Assembly: GCF_964204645.1 (NCBI RefSeq)
Contig: NC_134032.1
Coordinates: 1 to 64,000, forward strand
Origin: Tubulanus polymorphus
Lineage: Eukaryota; Animalia; Nemertea
Reading direction: 5' to 3'
DNA: 64,000 nt
This document shows, one piece after another, positions 46,719-61,767 of the stretch (the first letter of the stretch is position 1; every line of letters starts with the position of its first letter). The notes beneath the pieces were generated by a model. The model saw nothing but the letters and a program-made list of their open reading frames with translations. It searched no databases and was not told where the DNA came from. Position numbers and translations under genes: made by a program.

Positions 46719-49461
46719 GAATACCGATATTCTAACCGATATTATATATATATAAAACACTAGGTTACCCCTGTTATTATTTCGATGGCATAATATGATA
46801 TGAATCAAACAGTACGAAATGACTTCAAAACGATGACTTAAAAAGTTCGTAGCCACATCCAACATTTATAATCTATAGAATAATAGTAATAAACTGTTGA
46901 ATCTAATTCTGTTTTATGTAATGAATTTCTATGTTTGCAATAAAACACTGATGTTCAATGGTACAAAAACAACCACTTCTATTACGAGATTAATATATGA
47001 AATTGAGAGGAGACCTCAAAATAACAAGGTGCGAATGATTTAAATATAATAATTATTCAATGATTTGAATCTACAATTAAAAAAACCGCGTCTTCTAAAA
47101 ATATACGCGAGAAATATCGACATCAAAAACAGCGCGACCAAAATCAGTAAATTAATTCAACCAAATAAACCAGAAACCGAGGTACCTCAGGAATAGGACC
47201 CGACCGGGTGAGGTGGGTGCTATCTGAACCTGAAACCAGTTGTACGTAAGTAAATGTCATTTGTATTTTATAAGAAGTAGAGTTCAACAGTTCAACTCTT
47301 CATCTTAATCAAATCACACTTAACTCACAAACTGTCAAACATTTTCAATCAAGTTCAATTGTAAATAAATGCAACTTTTATTGTCAAAAAGTTCCACTTG
47401 AAATAACAACTGTATTTTATATAAACAGCTGAAATTATGTTCTAATTCACAGATTTATCAACTAACTATTCTAACCTAACCTATATATTCGGCCTACCTA
47501 TTCGGACTCGGGTTTAGGGGTTAGGGAGGGGATACTGAAATAGAGACATGTTATACAGGTCCCACCGGAATTCTTCAGTCACTCTGTCATCATCATTCAA
47601 CTTCAGGTTCAATCTTCTGTGACTAGGGGGTCTTGGTCTTTTCACTGAAATAGAACATACAGGCCGCACCTGAATCGGGCCACTCTGTTGTGTGCTGGGG
47701 GTGAAGACACGTACTCTGTGGCCTAGTCTTCTGGGGTCTTGTCTCAGCGATGACCCTGAAATTGTCATGTTTATTTCAAATAATTTATTTACATAATAGG
47801 CGTTGTCTAGTAAAGCAATAGATTTAAAAAACCGAAATTCTGAAAAAAAGAAAAACACCTGAAAATAGAGAGAAACCCTGGAAAAAAAGAAGCATGAAAT
47901 ACAGGATCCTGAAATTAAGATATTAAGCATCAAAATAAACAAACAGCTTCCTCCAACTGAGAACTCCCAGGACACCACGCATAGCACCCTAATTTCATCA
48001 CTTAAATTAACCCATTATATTTCCATGTAATACTATAACTTACTAACTCACCGAGTAAGTTCCTAATAACTAACTTAACCTATAAAACATAATTTCAGCT
48101 GTTAATGTTTTTTCTAACTTACAGTTTATCCAATCCTGTGTGTGTAATGTATGAATCCAATGATAATCCTTGAGTCAATTTGAATCCTTGTGTTTTTAAT
48201 AACGTGCCGAATAAATCCTGAATAAGAAATTTAGTTTTCAGTAACAGTTCACAGTTTTTGAGAACAGGTCATATTAATCGATTCCATTCATAATAAATCC
48301 GTATATATGTTCACAAGAGGTAGGTATGTTAAAATGTCTGATTTTTACTGTAGACATGACGTGCGAGCACCTCTAAGTCCGACAGTCATACGAATAATGT
48401 ACACTTGACACCCAGATGTAATAATCTGTGCTGGACACAACGAACGACAAGAATGGTCGAACACAATGAAGCTTCATATTTCATATTATCTAACTATTGA
48501 GGTCACTGGTCATAATCCATGTTCGCTCTATAAACTGCGCGGCTCTGGTGAAATCAATCCATTCCGAACTGCATGAAGTATGTATCAGTATAAATCAGAT
48601 ACTATAGAAATATCTTATAGCAATTGATTTAACTTGAAATTTGAATTTTATTGATTAACTTATATTTTCATGAGGTTAGGCCAACACCGGGTCCAGCTTC
48701 CAAAACATCCTCATCAATGATTCGACGCATAATTAGTCATACTCGTCGGTGATTGGATACAAAGTTAGTTATACTCGTCGGTGTTTGGCTAACTGGTACA
48801 AAATATGAATATCTAAACTGGATGAAACCGTTTGAACGCGCGTCACGTAGGCATTTGTATCGTATTGTCCGAGAACAATAAACAATGACATTTGACACAT
48901 TTCACGAGACTATAAATCATCTTCTTTACATCGTTAACTCAATGCAGGTCACTATACGCTAATCATTAACAATACAATATCAATATCATCTCAAACTGGA
49001 CCGTTTTAATACTGAATGTATCTGTGTATGATTTTGTGACAGGTTCCTACGTGATGAACTAATGCAACACCGCTATCGTAGCTTTATTAGTTGAAAATCA
49101 TTTAACTTGAATTTATTTCGAATGTCCCATTTAACCAATGTATAAACTTTAGATCAGTACATTAATATGTGTAACCAATTTGTCGATCATGATCATACAA
49201 CTTTAAGCTAATCAAACCCTGGAAAACATAACGCAGTCTACAAATTGTCTCATTTTGTCATAACTGATCAATACTGAAATAAGTGAAACTAGTTCTGCAG
49301 TCTGCTATCTACCCCCTGATACCAGTACAAATCCCGCCAATTCTCCTCGACTTTTCTTTATATCAAAGATCAAACTAGTATAATGAGTTACTGTAAGAGC
49401 TGATCAGTGATAATCAGCAAAATGAGATGTAGTTGATAATAGAGCGCGACCTAAAACACAG

Positions 49462-49614
49462 CTTACCCCGCCCTGTGTCTCTAATGCGGCACCGCTCTCT
49501 TACCCCGCCCTGTGTCTCTAATGCGGCACCGCTCTCTTACCCCGCCCTGTGTCTATAATGCGGCACCGCTCTCTTACCCCGCCCTGTGTCTCTAATGCGG
49601 AACCGCTCTCTTAC
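49462..49614. repeat. 37-bp tandem repeat, 4 copies
   Basis: CTTACCCCGCCCTGTGTCTCTAATGCGGCACCGCTCT repeated. Confidence 0.95.
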
Positions 49615-52098
49615 TGAGTCTCTCTCAAAATATTCCTGAGTTTAATTCCTAATAATCCATTTTTGTAAATTCAACTCGTATAAACTATCAAACCGACATA
49701 AAACCACATTTCATCATCGTAACGCAGTTAGTTATTTTACTGTTACGTAATTTGTGTCGAGTCAACTAGACACCCAGATTAATGAGGATGACTGAGGTTT
49801 TTTTTTAAAGAGAAATATCTAGAGGTCACCCAGACTCAATTTTACCCCTTTGATATCATTCGAGGTCAAGTTCTTTATTTCTGTGACAAATTTCTATGAA
49901 ATATTTTGCTCAAATAAATTCATTCTGATCTAATATCAATGAAAATAAGTGTAGTTATTCATTTCAGTATGAAATTTGGCTCTGTTTTCAGGAATTACTG
50001 TTTTTCCAGACATCGGATCCAGAATATCACCTTGCCATCACCATGACAACGCACCAGTCAAAACAAACAACAATCATTCAGAAATGAAGCCCTGTAGATT
50101 CTTAAATTTGGTTTGAAGTTTCTTTATTTTGGTTGAGTAGATTCTGAATGATGCAAAGTTTACTAGAGACACTGGTTTTATCAAAATCAACTCTGGGGGA
50201 CAGTGCCAATCATGGAAAGGTTTTAACAGTCACTCAGATATTGTGTTCCACTGCATTCAGATCAAACCAACAGTTCACACTCAATTTGAGAAATATTTTG
50301 TCTTAATGTATAATAAATTTCACGTTTAATTTGACACTGAAGATATAAATTTCTAAATTTCCAATAGATGGCGTCTGTGACATACAGTATATTCGTATTA
50401 ATCCAATAATTTGGTGGTTCAGCAGAAATCCAATAGGTGGCGATCATGTCGTAATAACTATTCATCGGTATATATCAGACACCCTGGTTTATCATCTGAT
50501 CAAAATCACTGGGTTTGAACTTGGAACATCCTAAAAATCCTCTAAACAGCATGAAACATCACAGTCATTTAGAATCAATAATTCATTCATTTGACGCGCA
50601 GTCAATTTCAGGTGTAGACGTGTCGCAGGTTTCAGTTATTGAGATCCTCCTCCATTAGACTGAAAATAAATCAAACAACATTCATTATAACATCATTAGA
50701 GCAATTCACAAAAATCATATCAAATATTCGATATAAATAAGAGTAACTAAACAAACCTGATCTAAACATCACCTTCTTTTGAGTAGAATAAACAAAACTC
50801 TAGCGTTACGCCTACATCTGAAATAATACAAAACACTGAAAATCATTATTTCTTCATCAGATAAAAAATGAAAACAGATTCAACAAGATTCAAAATGCTT
50901 TTAGTGCCAAGAATTTGTTACAATTTTTTTTCATACAAGACTTAACGGTAAATTAGTTCAGACTTAGAGCAGGGAACACTATATGAATTTATTCCCACAG
51001 CGTCTGAAATTACAGATTTCACACCAGAATTTTCAGCCTGTTCGTTGCTCAGCCGCAGGTGAATCGCACCACTCAAACATGTTTGATATTTGCACAGTAA
51101 ATTGGTTTAGACTTAGAGCAGGGAACACTATATGAATTTATTCCCACACCGTCTGAAATTACAAATTTCACAATGAAATTTTCAGCGTGTTCGTTGCTCA
51201 GCAGCAGGTGAATCGCACCATTCAAACATGTTTGATATTTCCACAGTAAATTGAGCCGCAATCTTTGACAAGCTTTCAAATCATGACGGCATCAATGATT
51301 TGAGAATGGCGCTGAAAACCTGCTTGGATTTTGGTTAACTCGGTTTTAAAACACCACAGTTTTTAACTTCGAAACTGTTTCTACAAATCTACTGTGGGTT
51401 TTTTATTCGTCAACTAAAAGTGGTGCAACGCCGTGCATATCACAGCAGTTTGTGTCAGTTGCGATCGAAAGCAACTGTTGGCCTACCGTAGGCCGGAGTA
51501 GAACACGGGCATCTAGCCCGATACGGCTTGCGACGAGTCGGTTAAGTGTTGGTTATTCAACGTGTTGGTTATTCAACGTCACTCTGTGAATTCAATTCGA
51601 ATACAGTCTATATTCAATCCCAGTTTTTGGCTATATTCAATTATTGAAAAACTGGGATTGGGATTGACTGGAATTGACTTTGTATTGAGTTTAACAGTTG
51701 TGTGGGTTTAGTTTCGACATGAAAGGACATTTCAAAGGACATAATGATATCTGTAATGAGGCATTCAATAAATGAACACTTTGAATCCCAGTTCATCTGT
51801 TTGGGTTAAATTCCTTTAGTTCAAAAATTTCCTCAAATTGAAAAACTGTAGTCAGAAAGCTGACCTATCACACATATTAAGCTATCATTCTATGTCTCAC
51901 GTGGTCACCCTGTGTGATAGGCCTCACGTATAAAAGACTTCCAGTTATGTGTCCGTATATGTTCCCGGAATTCAGACCAAAAACGACCTTTTGGGCACGA
52001 GGCCCTTGTGACTCGTGTGGAAATATAATAATGATCACTAAATTGAGATTCTCAGAGACAGACGGCAGATGGATTCCTAATATTAGTCGATAATTTAC

Positions 52099-52261
52099 CT
52101 CGCGTCCGACCCAGACGGGAATCCCTATGATCATCGCGGGAACTGCGATTCCAGCAACGAGTCCGATACCGACCGGAGCGCCAACTAACGTGACAAGTTG
52201 CCACAATATCTTCTTCTTTCGGCTCCATGGCTTTTTACCCCAGAAAGTGCAGCCAGACGGA
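52099..52261 (-). pseudogene. RNF19: Isolated RNF19-like (RBR E3 ligase) exon, copy 1
   Basis: [53 protein letters not shown]; 163 nt bounded by TTTTCAG and GTAAAT. Confidence 0.85.
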
Positions 52262-52517
52262 CTGAAAATCAACATAATCGACTAAATTATTACTCAATTT
52301 CTAAGGACTTATAAACCTTTATCATCGATTAAAGGCCGAGCTCGGGTTTACAAGGAAGGACCATAAATATCAATGGATTTATTCTATCACTTGCAACCAT
52401 TTGATTCAGAGCTCTGACAACTAGAGAATCGCCAGTTGCATAGTCATGGCTTAGACTTAAGACTACTCTAAGACCAACTTAGTTAATAATATAACCAATC
52501 TAACAACTTAAGACCAG

Positions 52518-52646
52518 GGCCCTGTTTCACAAAAAAGTTAAACTCAAATTCTTGGTGTAATTGCCATTGGTTACTTCATTTCTTCAATGAACACAACAAT
52601 TCAAACTTAACCGTTTAAGCCTTAAACTTTTTCGTGAAACTGCACC
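52518..52646. mobile_element. MITE (PIF/Harbinger-like)
   Basis: Imperfect TIRs GGCCCTGTTTCACAAAAAAGTT / AACTTTTTCGTGAAACTGCACC, CAG duplicated on both sides, absent from the paralogous site near 58220. Confidence 0.75.
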
Positions 52647-53429
52647 CAGTCCCAAGATTTAAGACCACCATTATAACATCATTAGAGCAATTCACAAAAA
52701 TCATATCAAATATTCGATATAAATAAGAGTAACTAAACGAACCTGATCTAAACATCACCTTCTTTTGAGTAGAATAAACAAAACTCTAGCGTTACGCCTA
52801 CATCTGAAATAATACAAAACACTGAAAATCATTTTTTTCATACAAGACTTAACGGTAAATTGGTTCGGACTTAGAGCAGGGAACACTATATGAATTTATT
52901 CCCACACCGTCTGAAATTACAGATTTCACAATGAAATTTGCAGCGTGTTCGTTGCTCAGCAGCAGGTGAATCACAACATTCAAACATGTTTGATATTTCC
53001 ACAGTTAATTTCATTGCAGCCAAATTTTTGTTCAGTCCCAAACACAGTATATTGAGCCGCAATCTTTGACAAGCTTTCAAATCATGACGGCATCAATGAT
53101 TTGAGAACGGCGCTGAAAACCTGCTTGGATTTTGGTTAACTCGGTTTTAAAACACCACTGAAACTGGTTTCTAGAGGTCTGTGATTAGGGCCTAAGATAT
53201 ATCTACCTGAATTGAGGGATCACTTGTTCACTTCATCGCCAAACAGTTATTCCTTGAACTTCCTGATGACTGCAGTTATTCAGTAGAGCATCACCCTGAA
53301 ATAAATATAGAAACCTGTCAGAGAAATCACTCTAAAATCCAGGGTATCCGCTGGGTCAAATGCTCCATCTGTATTGATAGTAATAGTTTAGGCCTCGATC
53401 CACTCTTTATGTTATTGATACTTTTTACT

Positions 53430-53724
53430 GCGGTGAGGGCTAGTGGTTAGAGCCAGGTCATGGGTTCGATCCCCGTTGTGTCCTCGGGCAAGACACTTAT
53501 CCTCACTGCCTCTCTCCACCCAGGAGTAAATGGGTACCTGGCCTGATAGAAGACTCCTGAGCGCTTGTTAGCAGCTCGGTGTTACTTCTCAAAAGGGAGA
53601 GATGACTGATACATGTTAGAGTATTAAAATTGGCCGGGGTAATAATACCGAAAAATGTAAAGCGCTCTGAGCAGCCTGGCTGGATTTAGCACTATATAAG
53701 ACACATATTAATATTATTATTATT
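53430..53724 (+). mobile_element. tRNA-derived SINE with CORE-like centre and L2-like tail, copy 1 (19-nt deletion in head)
   Basis: TAGTGGTTAGAGC, GGTTCGATCCC, GTGTCCTCGGGCAAGACACTT, TGTAAAGCGCTCTGAG..CTATATAA..(TAT)n. Confidence 0.8.
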
Positions 53725-56177
53725 ACTGAATGATGATGGTTTTACAGCACGCATCAGTGAATAGAGATTGCTGCTGCTCGTGGGGTTAAACCGGACTGTT
53801 TTATGTCGCTCTCCATCTCGAATCACCTTCATACATCACAAGTATTCGATTCATAAGTAAATTTACTTACTGTATTTCAATGTTGAAATGGTTTGAACAC
53901 ATTCTGTCGCTTCTGCGTTGAAAGAGAAGCTTCTAAATATTTCAAGTGAAAATTGCGCCATCATTCTTAATTGGGACATACTCCACTTGGGAGGGCTAGT
54001 TCTGTAGACCGCGGAGATCGAGGTCGACTCGGACTCAGGCTTTGCGCTCCGAGCACCAACTAAAGAGTTCACGGTTCTAGCCGCGGATGGCTTTAGGTAC
54101 CGCTCCGGATTACTAGCGGGGTAATGAATTCCACGGAATTAGCAATACGTAGCAATTCTAGTGAACTTCCGAGCTATAGTTCGAATAAAACATTCTAAAA
54201 TTATTCCCAATTAATGAAACAATCAAATGATCTTTTAAGTTGAATTGGTGACTCACAACACGTATTTAACCTAATAGTTTTTTCAGCGGGGCTCGGCCGA
54301 CAGTATCGACAAGTTTTGTATTTCTGTAACAAATATCTATGAAATATTTTGCTCAAATAAACTCATTCTGTTATCATATCGATGAAAATAAGTGAAGTTA
54401 TTCATTTCAGTATGAAATTTGGCTCTGTTTTGAGAAATTACTATTTTTCCAAAAACGGATCCAGAATATCACCTTGCCATCACCATGACAACGCACCAGT
54501 CAAAACAAACAACAATCATTCAGAAATGAAGCCCTGTAGATTATTGAAATTGGTTTCATGTTTCTTTACTTTGGTTGAGTAGATTCTGGATGATGCAAAG
54601 TTAACTAGAGACACTGGTTTTATCAAAATCAACTCTGGAAGACAGTGCCAATCCTGGAAGGGTTTTAACAGTCACTCAGATATTGTGTTCCACTGCATTC
54701 AGATCAAACCAACAGTTCACACTCAACTTGAGAAATATTTTGTGTTAATCTAAAATGCATTTCACGTTTATTTTGACTCAAGATATAAATTTCTAAATTT
54801 CCAATAGATGGCGTCTGTGATATACAGTTTAATCCAATACGAATACGTATTCGTATTAATCCAATAATTTGGTGGTTCAGCAGAAATCCAATAGGTGGCG
54901 ATCATGTCGTAGTAACTATTCATCAGTATATATCAGACACCCTGGTCTATCATCTGATCAGAATCACTGGGTTTGAACTTGGGACATCCTACAAATCCTC
55001 TAAACAGCATGAAACATCACAGTCATTTAGAATCAATAATTCATTCATTTGACGCGCAGTCAATTTCAGGTGTAGACGTGTCGCAGGTTTCAGTTATTGA
55101 GATCCTCCTCCATTAGACTGAAAATAAATCAAACAACATTCATTATAACATCATTAGAGCAATTCACAAAAATCGTATCAAATATTCGATATAAATAAGA
55201 GTAACTAAACAAACCTGATCTAAACATCACCTTCTTTTGAGTAGAATAAACAAAACTCTAGCGTTACGCCTACATCTGAAATAATACAAAACACTGAAAA
55301 TCATTATTTCTTCATCAGATAAAAAATGAAAACAGATTCAACAAGATTCAAAATGCTTTTAGTGCCAAGAATTTTCAGTGTTACAATCTTTTTTCATACA
55401 AGACTTAACGGTAAATTGGTTCAGACTTAGAGCAGGGAACACTATATGAATTTATTCCCACACCGTCTGAAATTACAAATTTCACAATGAAATTTTCAGC
55501 GTGTTCGTTGCTCAGCAGCAGGTGAATCGCAACATTCAAACATCTTTGATATTTCCACAGTTAATTTCATCGCAGCAAAATTTTTGTTTAGTCCCAAACA
55601 CAGTAAATTGAGCCGCAATCTTTGATAAGCTTTCAAATCATGACGGCATCAATGATTTGAGAACGGCGCTGAAAACCTGCTTGGATTTTGGTTAACTCGG
55701 TTATAAAACAACACAGTTTTTAACTTCGAAACTGTTTCTACAAATCTACTGTGGGTTTTTTATTCGTCGACTAAAATTGGTGCAACGCCGTGCATATCAC
55801 AGCAGTTTGTGTCAGTTGCGATCGAAAGCAACTGTTGGCCTACCGTAGGCCGGAGTAGAACACGGGCAACTAGCCGGTCAGGCTTGCGACGAGTCGGTAG
55901 GGGTCGGGTTGCTGTCGCAAGCCGGGCTTACGTTGAACAGATAGAGCAGCAACTGGCGGCCTCTCGTAGGCCGTTAATCGGCGATAAACCCAGTTGTGTC
56001 GGTAGGCATCGCGTTGCTTGTCGACATAAGTCAGCCTTAATCCTGCTTTCTCAGAGAACTGCTCTTCCTTCTCCATGAGATTTTCCTAAATCTGCACCCG
56101 TACGTTCGCCGTGCCCTTCTCCAATTTTCCAGGGGATCCTCGTGATTCGTGAGATTGTAGTCGGGAAAATCTCTTAC

Positions 56178-57956
56178 CTGTTTTGGAATCCGCTCGGTCC
56201 GGCAACGGCGCTTCCCGATAAACTACCGTTTAAACTGGAGCCAGCAATCGCTCTGTTACTGGCCGATTAGCGATCGCTCTCATCGCGGATTATCCCGACT
56301 CGGTCGATGTGGTTTCCGCTAGCGCTAAGACTGCCAGTCATAGCCATAGACATCTCACCGATACTAGGTCCGATACTGGGGTTCGCTACCCGGTGACTGG
56401 TCGTTTCTATACTGTGAGAATCAGCTACAACAAATATAAACATTCACTCATACTAGTACTGAACTAACTTAAATGACGTCATAGGGGGATTTATATAGCA
56501 GCCACACCAGACAACATGGCTTTATCAGTTAATCCCCCTATGACATCATCAAATTATCTTTCTCTTTCTGGCAAGTCTATATAAAACGTAGAAAAGTTGG
56601 CCACCTCCAATAAATCCGCCTATGACATCATCAAATTATCCCTTCAGATTCCTAGAAAGACAGCTGATTCCGGACCCTGCCCTATATGAAAAGTATGGTT
56701 TAAGTACTTACGGGCGTAAGGCCCCGATGGGCCACTTCCTTCGTTTTTTTCGAACTCAAATCGAACTCCGCCCGGAGTCAGTCGTCGATACGCCGCAACC
56801 ACCGCTGCGACACAGCGATATCGGAACCACGCCGTAAACATACGCCAATAATATCGGTACACCGATACCAACGGCTAAACTAGCGACAACTGGCGCTACG
56901 ATAACAGACGCAGTTACACCACCGGCTATTACCATATTCCTCTTGTGCTGTGGTAGGTGACCGTAACGTGTGTGTAACTGAAACACAAGATAAACACATG
57001 AGAAATAGCATTTTTCATAGTAAAAATCTCGCCTGTGGTGGATTTAGGTTCCAATTTCTGTTTCTGACTAGCGCCATCAAGCGAGTAATTTCAGAACTTG
57101 AATTTGTCGATATCCTGTATTTCACCCGATAAGCCTTATCCTATGTCCTTGTCATTACGGTTAAATGACAGTAACCACTTGATACAGTTTATGCGCAGTG
57201 TTTAGAACTAGGATTTTGACAAATCAAATCAATAAGGATTTATTATTTCTAAGTGTTGGTTATTCAACGTCACTCTGTGAATTCAATTCGAATACAGTCT
57301 ATATTCAATCCCAGTTTTTGGCTATATTCAATTATTGAAAAACTGGGATTGGGATTGACTGGAATTGACTTTGTATTGAGTTTAACAGTTGTGTGGGTTT
57401 AGTTTCGACATGAAAGGACATTTCAAAGGACATAATGATATCTGTAATGAGGCATTCAATAAATGAACACTTTGAATCCCAGTTCATCTGTTTGGGTTAA
57501 ATTCCTTTAGTTCAAAAATTTCCTCAAATTGAAAAACTGTAGTCAGAAAGCTGACCTATCACACATATTAAGCTATCATTTTATGTCTCACGTGGTCACC
57601 CTGTGTGGTAGGCCTCACGTATAAAAGACTTTCAGTTATGTGTCCATGCGTATATGTTCTCGGCATTCAGACCGAATATGACCTTTTGGGCACGAGGCCC
57701 TTGTGACTCGTGTGGAAATATAATAATGATCACTAAATTGAGATTCTCAGAGACAGACGGCAGATGGATTCCTAATATTAGTCGATAATTTACCTCGCGT
57801 CCGACCCAGACGGGAATCCCTATGATCATCGCGGGAACTGCGATTCCAGCAACGAGTCCGATACCGACCGGAGCGCCAACTAACGTGACAAGTTGCCACA
57901 ATATCTTCTTCTTTCGGCTCCATGGCTTTTTATCCCAGAAAGTGCAGCCAGACGGA
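56178..57956 (-). pseudogene. RNF19: RNF19-like pseudogene fragment, three exons (57794-57956, 56712-56977, 56178-56424)
   Basis: [38 protein letters not shown], then a +1 frameshift before GVRFEF. NPSIG..MTGSLSASG..ESDR* in-frame stop. GT-AG boundaries intact. RING/IBR exons absent. Confidence 0.88.
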
Positions 57957-59003
57957 CTGAAAATCAACATAATCGACTAAATTATTACTCAATTTCTAAG
58001 GACTTATAAACCTTTATCATCGATTAAAGGCCGAGCTCGGGTTTACAAGGAAGGACCATAAATATCAATGGATTTATTCTATCACTTGCAACCATTTGAT
58101 TCAGAGCTCTGACAACTAGAGAATCGCCATGTGTGCAGGGGCCAGTTGCATAGTCATGGCTTAGACTTAAGACTAGTCCAAGACCAACTTAGTTCTATAG
58201 CTAATCTAACAACTTAAGACCAGTCCCAAGATTTAAGACCACCATTATAACATCATTAGAGCAATTCACAAAAATCATATCAAATATTCGATATAAATAA
58301 GAGTAACTAAACGAACCTGATCTAAACATCACCTTCTTTTGAGTAGAATAAACAAAACTCTAGCGTTACGCCTACATCTGAAATAATACAAAACACTGAA
58401 AGTCATTTTTTTCATACAAGACTTAACGGTAAATTGGTTCAGACTTAGAGCAGGGAACACTACATGAATTTATTCCCACACCATCTGAAATTACAGATTT
58501 CACAATGAAATTTGCAGCGTGTTCGTTGCTCAGCAGCAGGTGAATCGCACCATTCAAACATGTTTGAGATTTCCACAGTTAATTTCATTGCAGCCAAATT
58601 TTTGTTCAGTCCCAAACACAGTATATTGAGCCGCAATCTTTGACAAGCTTTCAAATCATGACGGCATCAATGATTTGAGAACGGCGCTGAAAACCTGCTT
58701 GGATTTTGGTTAACTCGGTTTTAAAACACCACTGAAACTGGTTTCTAGAGGTCTGTGATTAGGGCCTAAGATATATCTACCTGAATTGAGGGATCACTTG
58801 TTCACTTCATCGCCAAACAGTTATTCCTTGAACTTCCTGATGACTGCAGTTATTCAGTAGAGCATCACCCTGAAATAAATATAGAAACCTGTCAGAGAAA
58901 TCACTCTAAAATCCAGGGTATCCGCTGGGTCAAATGCTCCATCTGTATTGATAGTAATAGTTTAGGCCTCGATCCACTCTTTATGTTATTGATACTTTTT
59001 ACT

Positions 59004-59317
59004 GCGGTGAGGGCTAGTGGTTAGAGCGTTCAGCTCTGGGAAGCCAGGTCATGGGTTCGATCCCCGTTGTGTCCTCGGGCAAGACACTTATCCTCACTGC
59101 CTCTCTCCACCCAGGAGTAAATGGGTACCTGGCCTGATAGAAGACTCCTGAGCGCTTGTTAGCAGCTCGGTGTTACTTCTCAAAAGGGAGAGATGACTGA
59201 TACATGTTAGAGTATTAAAATTGGCCGGGGTAATAATACCGAAAAATGTAAAGCGCTCTGAGCAGCCTGGCTGGATTTAGCACTATATAAGACACATATT
59301 AATATTATTATTATTAC
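59004..59317 (+). mobile_element. tRNA-derived CORE-like SINE, copy 2
   Basis: As copy 1, with intact head. Confidence 0.8.
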
Positions 59318-61767
59318 TGAATGATGATGGTTTTACCGCACGCATCAGTGAATAGAGATTGCTGCTGCTCGTGGGGTTAAACCGGACTGTTTTATGTCGC
59401 TCTCCATCTCGAATCACCTTCATACATCACAAGTATTCGATTCATAAGTAAATTTACTTACTGTATTTCAATGTTGAAATGGTTTGAACACATTCTGTCG
59501 CTTCTGCGTTGAAAGAGAAGCTTCTAAATATTTCAAGTGAAAATTGCGCCATCATTCTTAATTGGGACATACTCCACTTGGGAGGGCTAGTTCTGTAGAC
59601 CGCGGAGATCGAGGTCGACTCGGACTCAGGCTTTGCGCTCCGAGCACCAACTAAAGAGTTCACGGTTCTAGCCGCGGATGGCTTTAGGTACCGCTCCGGA
59701 TTACTAGCGGGGTAATGAATTCCACGGAATTAGCAATACGTAGCAATTCTACTGAACTTCCGAGCTATAGTTCGAATAAAACATTCTAAAATTATTCCCA
59801 ATTAATGAAACAATCAAATGATCTTTTAAGTTGAATTGGTGACTCACAACACGTATTTAACCTAATAGTTTTTTCAGCGGGGCTCGGCCGACAGTATCGA
59901 CAAGTTTTGTATTTCTGTAACAAATATCTATGAAATATTTTGCTCAAATAAACTCATTCTGTTATCATATCGATGAAAATAAGTGAAGTTATTCATTTCA
60001 GTATGAAATTTGGCTCTGTTTTGAGAAATTACTATTTTTCCAAAAACGGATCCAGAATATCACCTTGCCATCACCATGACAACGCACCAGTCAAAACAAA
60101 CAACAATCATTCAGAAATGAAGCCCTGTAGATTATTGAAATTGGTTTCATGTTTCTTTACTTTGGTTGAGTAGATTCTGGATGATGCAAAGTTAACTAGA
60201 GACACTGGTTTTATCAAAATCATCTCTGGAAGACAGTGCCAATCCTGGAAGGGTTTTAACAGTCACTCAGATATTGTGTTCCACTGCATTCAGATCAAAC
60301 CAACAGTTCAGACTCAACTTGAGAACTATTTTGTGTTAATCTAAAATGCATTTCACGTTTATTTTGACTCAAGATATAAATTTCTAAATTTCCAATAGAT
60401 GGCGTCTGTGATATACAGTTTAATCCAATACGAATACGTATTCGTATTAATCCAATAATTTGGTGGTTCAGCAGAAATCCAATAGGTGGCGATCATGTCG
60501 TAGTAACTATTCATCAGTATATATCAGACACCCTGGTCTATCATCTGATCAGAATCACTGGGTTTGAACTTGGGACATCCTACAAATCCTCTAAACAGCA
60601 TGAAACATCACAGTCATTTAGAATCAATAATTCATTCATTTGACGCGCAGTCAATTTCAGGTGTAGACGTGTCGCAGGTTTCAGTTATTGAGATCCTCCT
60701 CCATTAGACTGAAAATAAATCAAACAACATTCATTATAACATCATTAGAGCAATTCACAAAAATCGTATCAAATATTCGATATAAATAAGAGTAACTAAA
60801 CAAACCTGATCTAAACATCACCTTCTTTTGAGTAGAATAAACAAAACTCTAGCGTTACGCCTACATCTGAAATAATACAAAACACTGAAAATCATTATTT
60901 CTTCATCAGATAAAAAATGAAAACAGATTCAACAAGATTCAAAATGCTTTTAGTGCCAAGAATTTTCAGTGTTACAATCTTTTTTCATACAAGACTTAAC
61001 GGTAAATTGGTTCAGACTTAGAGCAGGGAACACTATATGAATTTATTCCCACACCGTCTGAAATTACAAATTTCACAATGAAATTTTCAGCGTGTTCGTT
61101 GCTCAGCAGCAGGTGAATCGCAACATTCAAACATCTTTGATATTTCCACAGTTAATTTCATCGCAGCAAAATTTTTGTTTAGTCCCAAACACAGTAAATT
61201 GAGCCGCAATCTTTGATAAGCTTTCAAATCATGACGGCATCAATGATTTGAGAACGGCGCTGAAAACCTGCTTGGATTTTGGTTAACTCGGTTATAAAAC
61301 AACACAGTTTTTAACTTCGAAACTGTTTCTACAAATCTACTGTGGGTTTTTTATTCGTCGACAAAAAGTGGTGCAACGCCGTGCATATCACAGCAGTTTG
61401 TGTCAGTTGCGATCGAAAGCAACTGTTGGCCTACCGTAGGCCGGAGTAGAACACGGGCAACTAGCCGGTCAGGCTTGCGACGAGTCGGTAGGGGTCGGGT
61501 TGCCGTCGCAAGCCGGCATATGTCGAACAGATAGAGCAGCAACTGGCGGCCTCTCGTAGGCCGTTAATCGGCGATAAACCCAGTTGTGTCGGTAGGCATC
61601 GCGTTGCTTGTCGACATAAGTCAGCCTTAATCCTGCTTTCTCAGAGAACTGCTCTTCCTTCTCCATGAGATTTTCCTAAATCTGCACCCGTACGTTCGCC
61701 GTGCCCTCCTCCAATTTTCCAGGGGATCCTCGTGATTCGTGAGATTGTAGTCGGGAAAATCTCTTAC

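Noticed and set aside
46720-49460. AT-rich unique sequence including ORF 47514-47987 and a short GGGTTTAGGGGTTAGGG
   Set aside because: No recognisable coding or RNA motif; the telomere-like word is too short to interpret.
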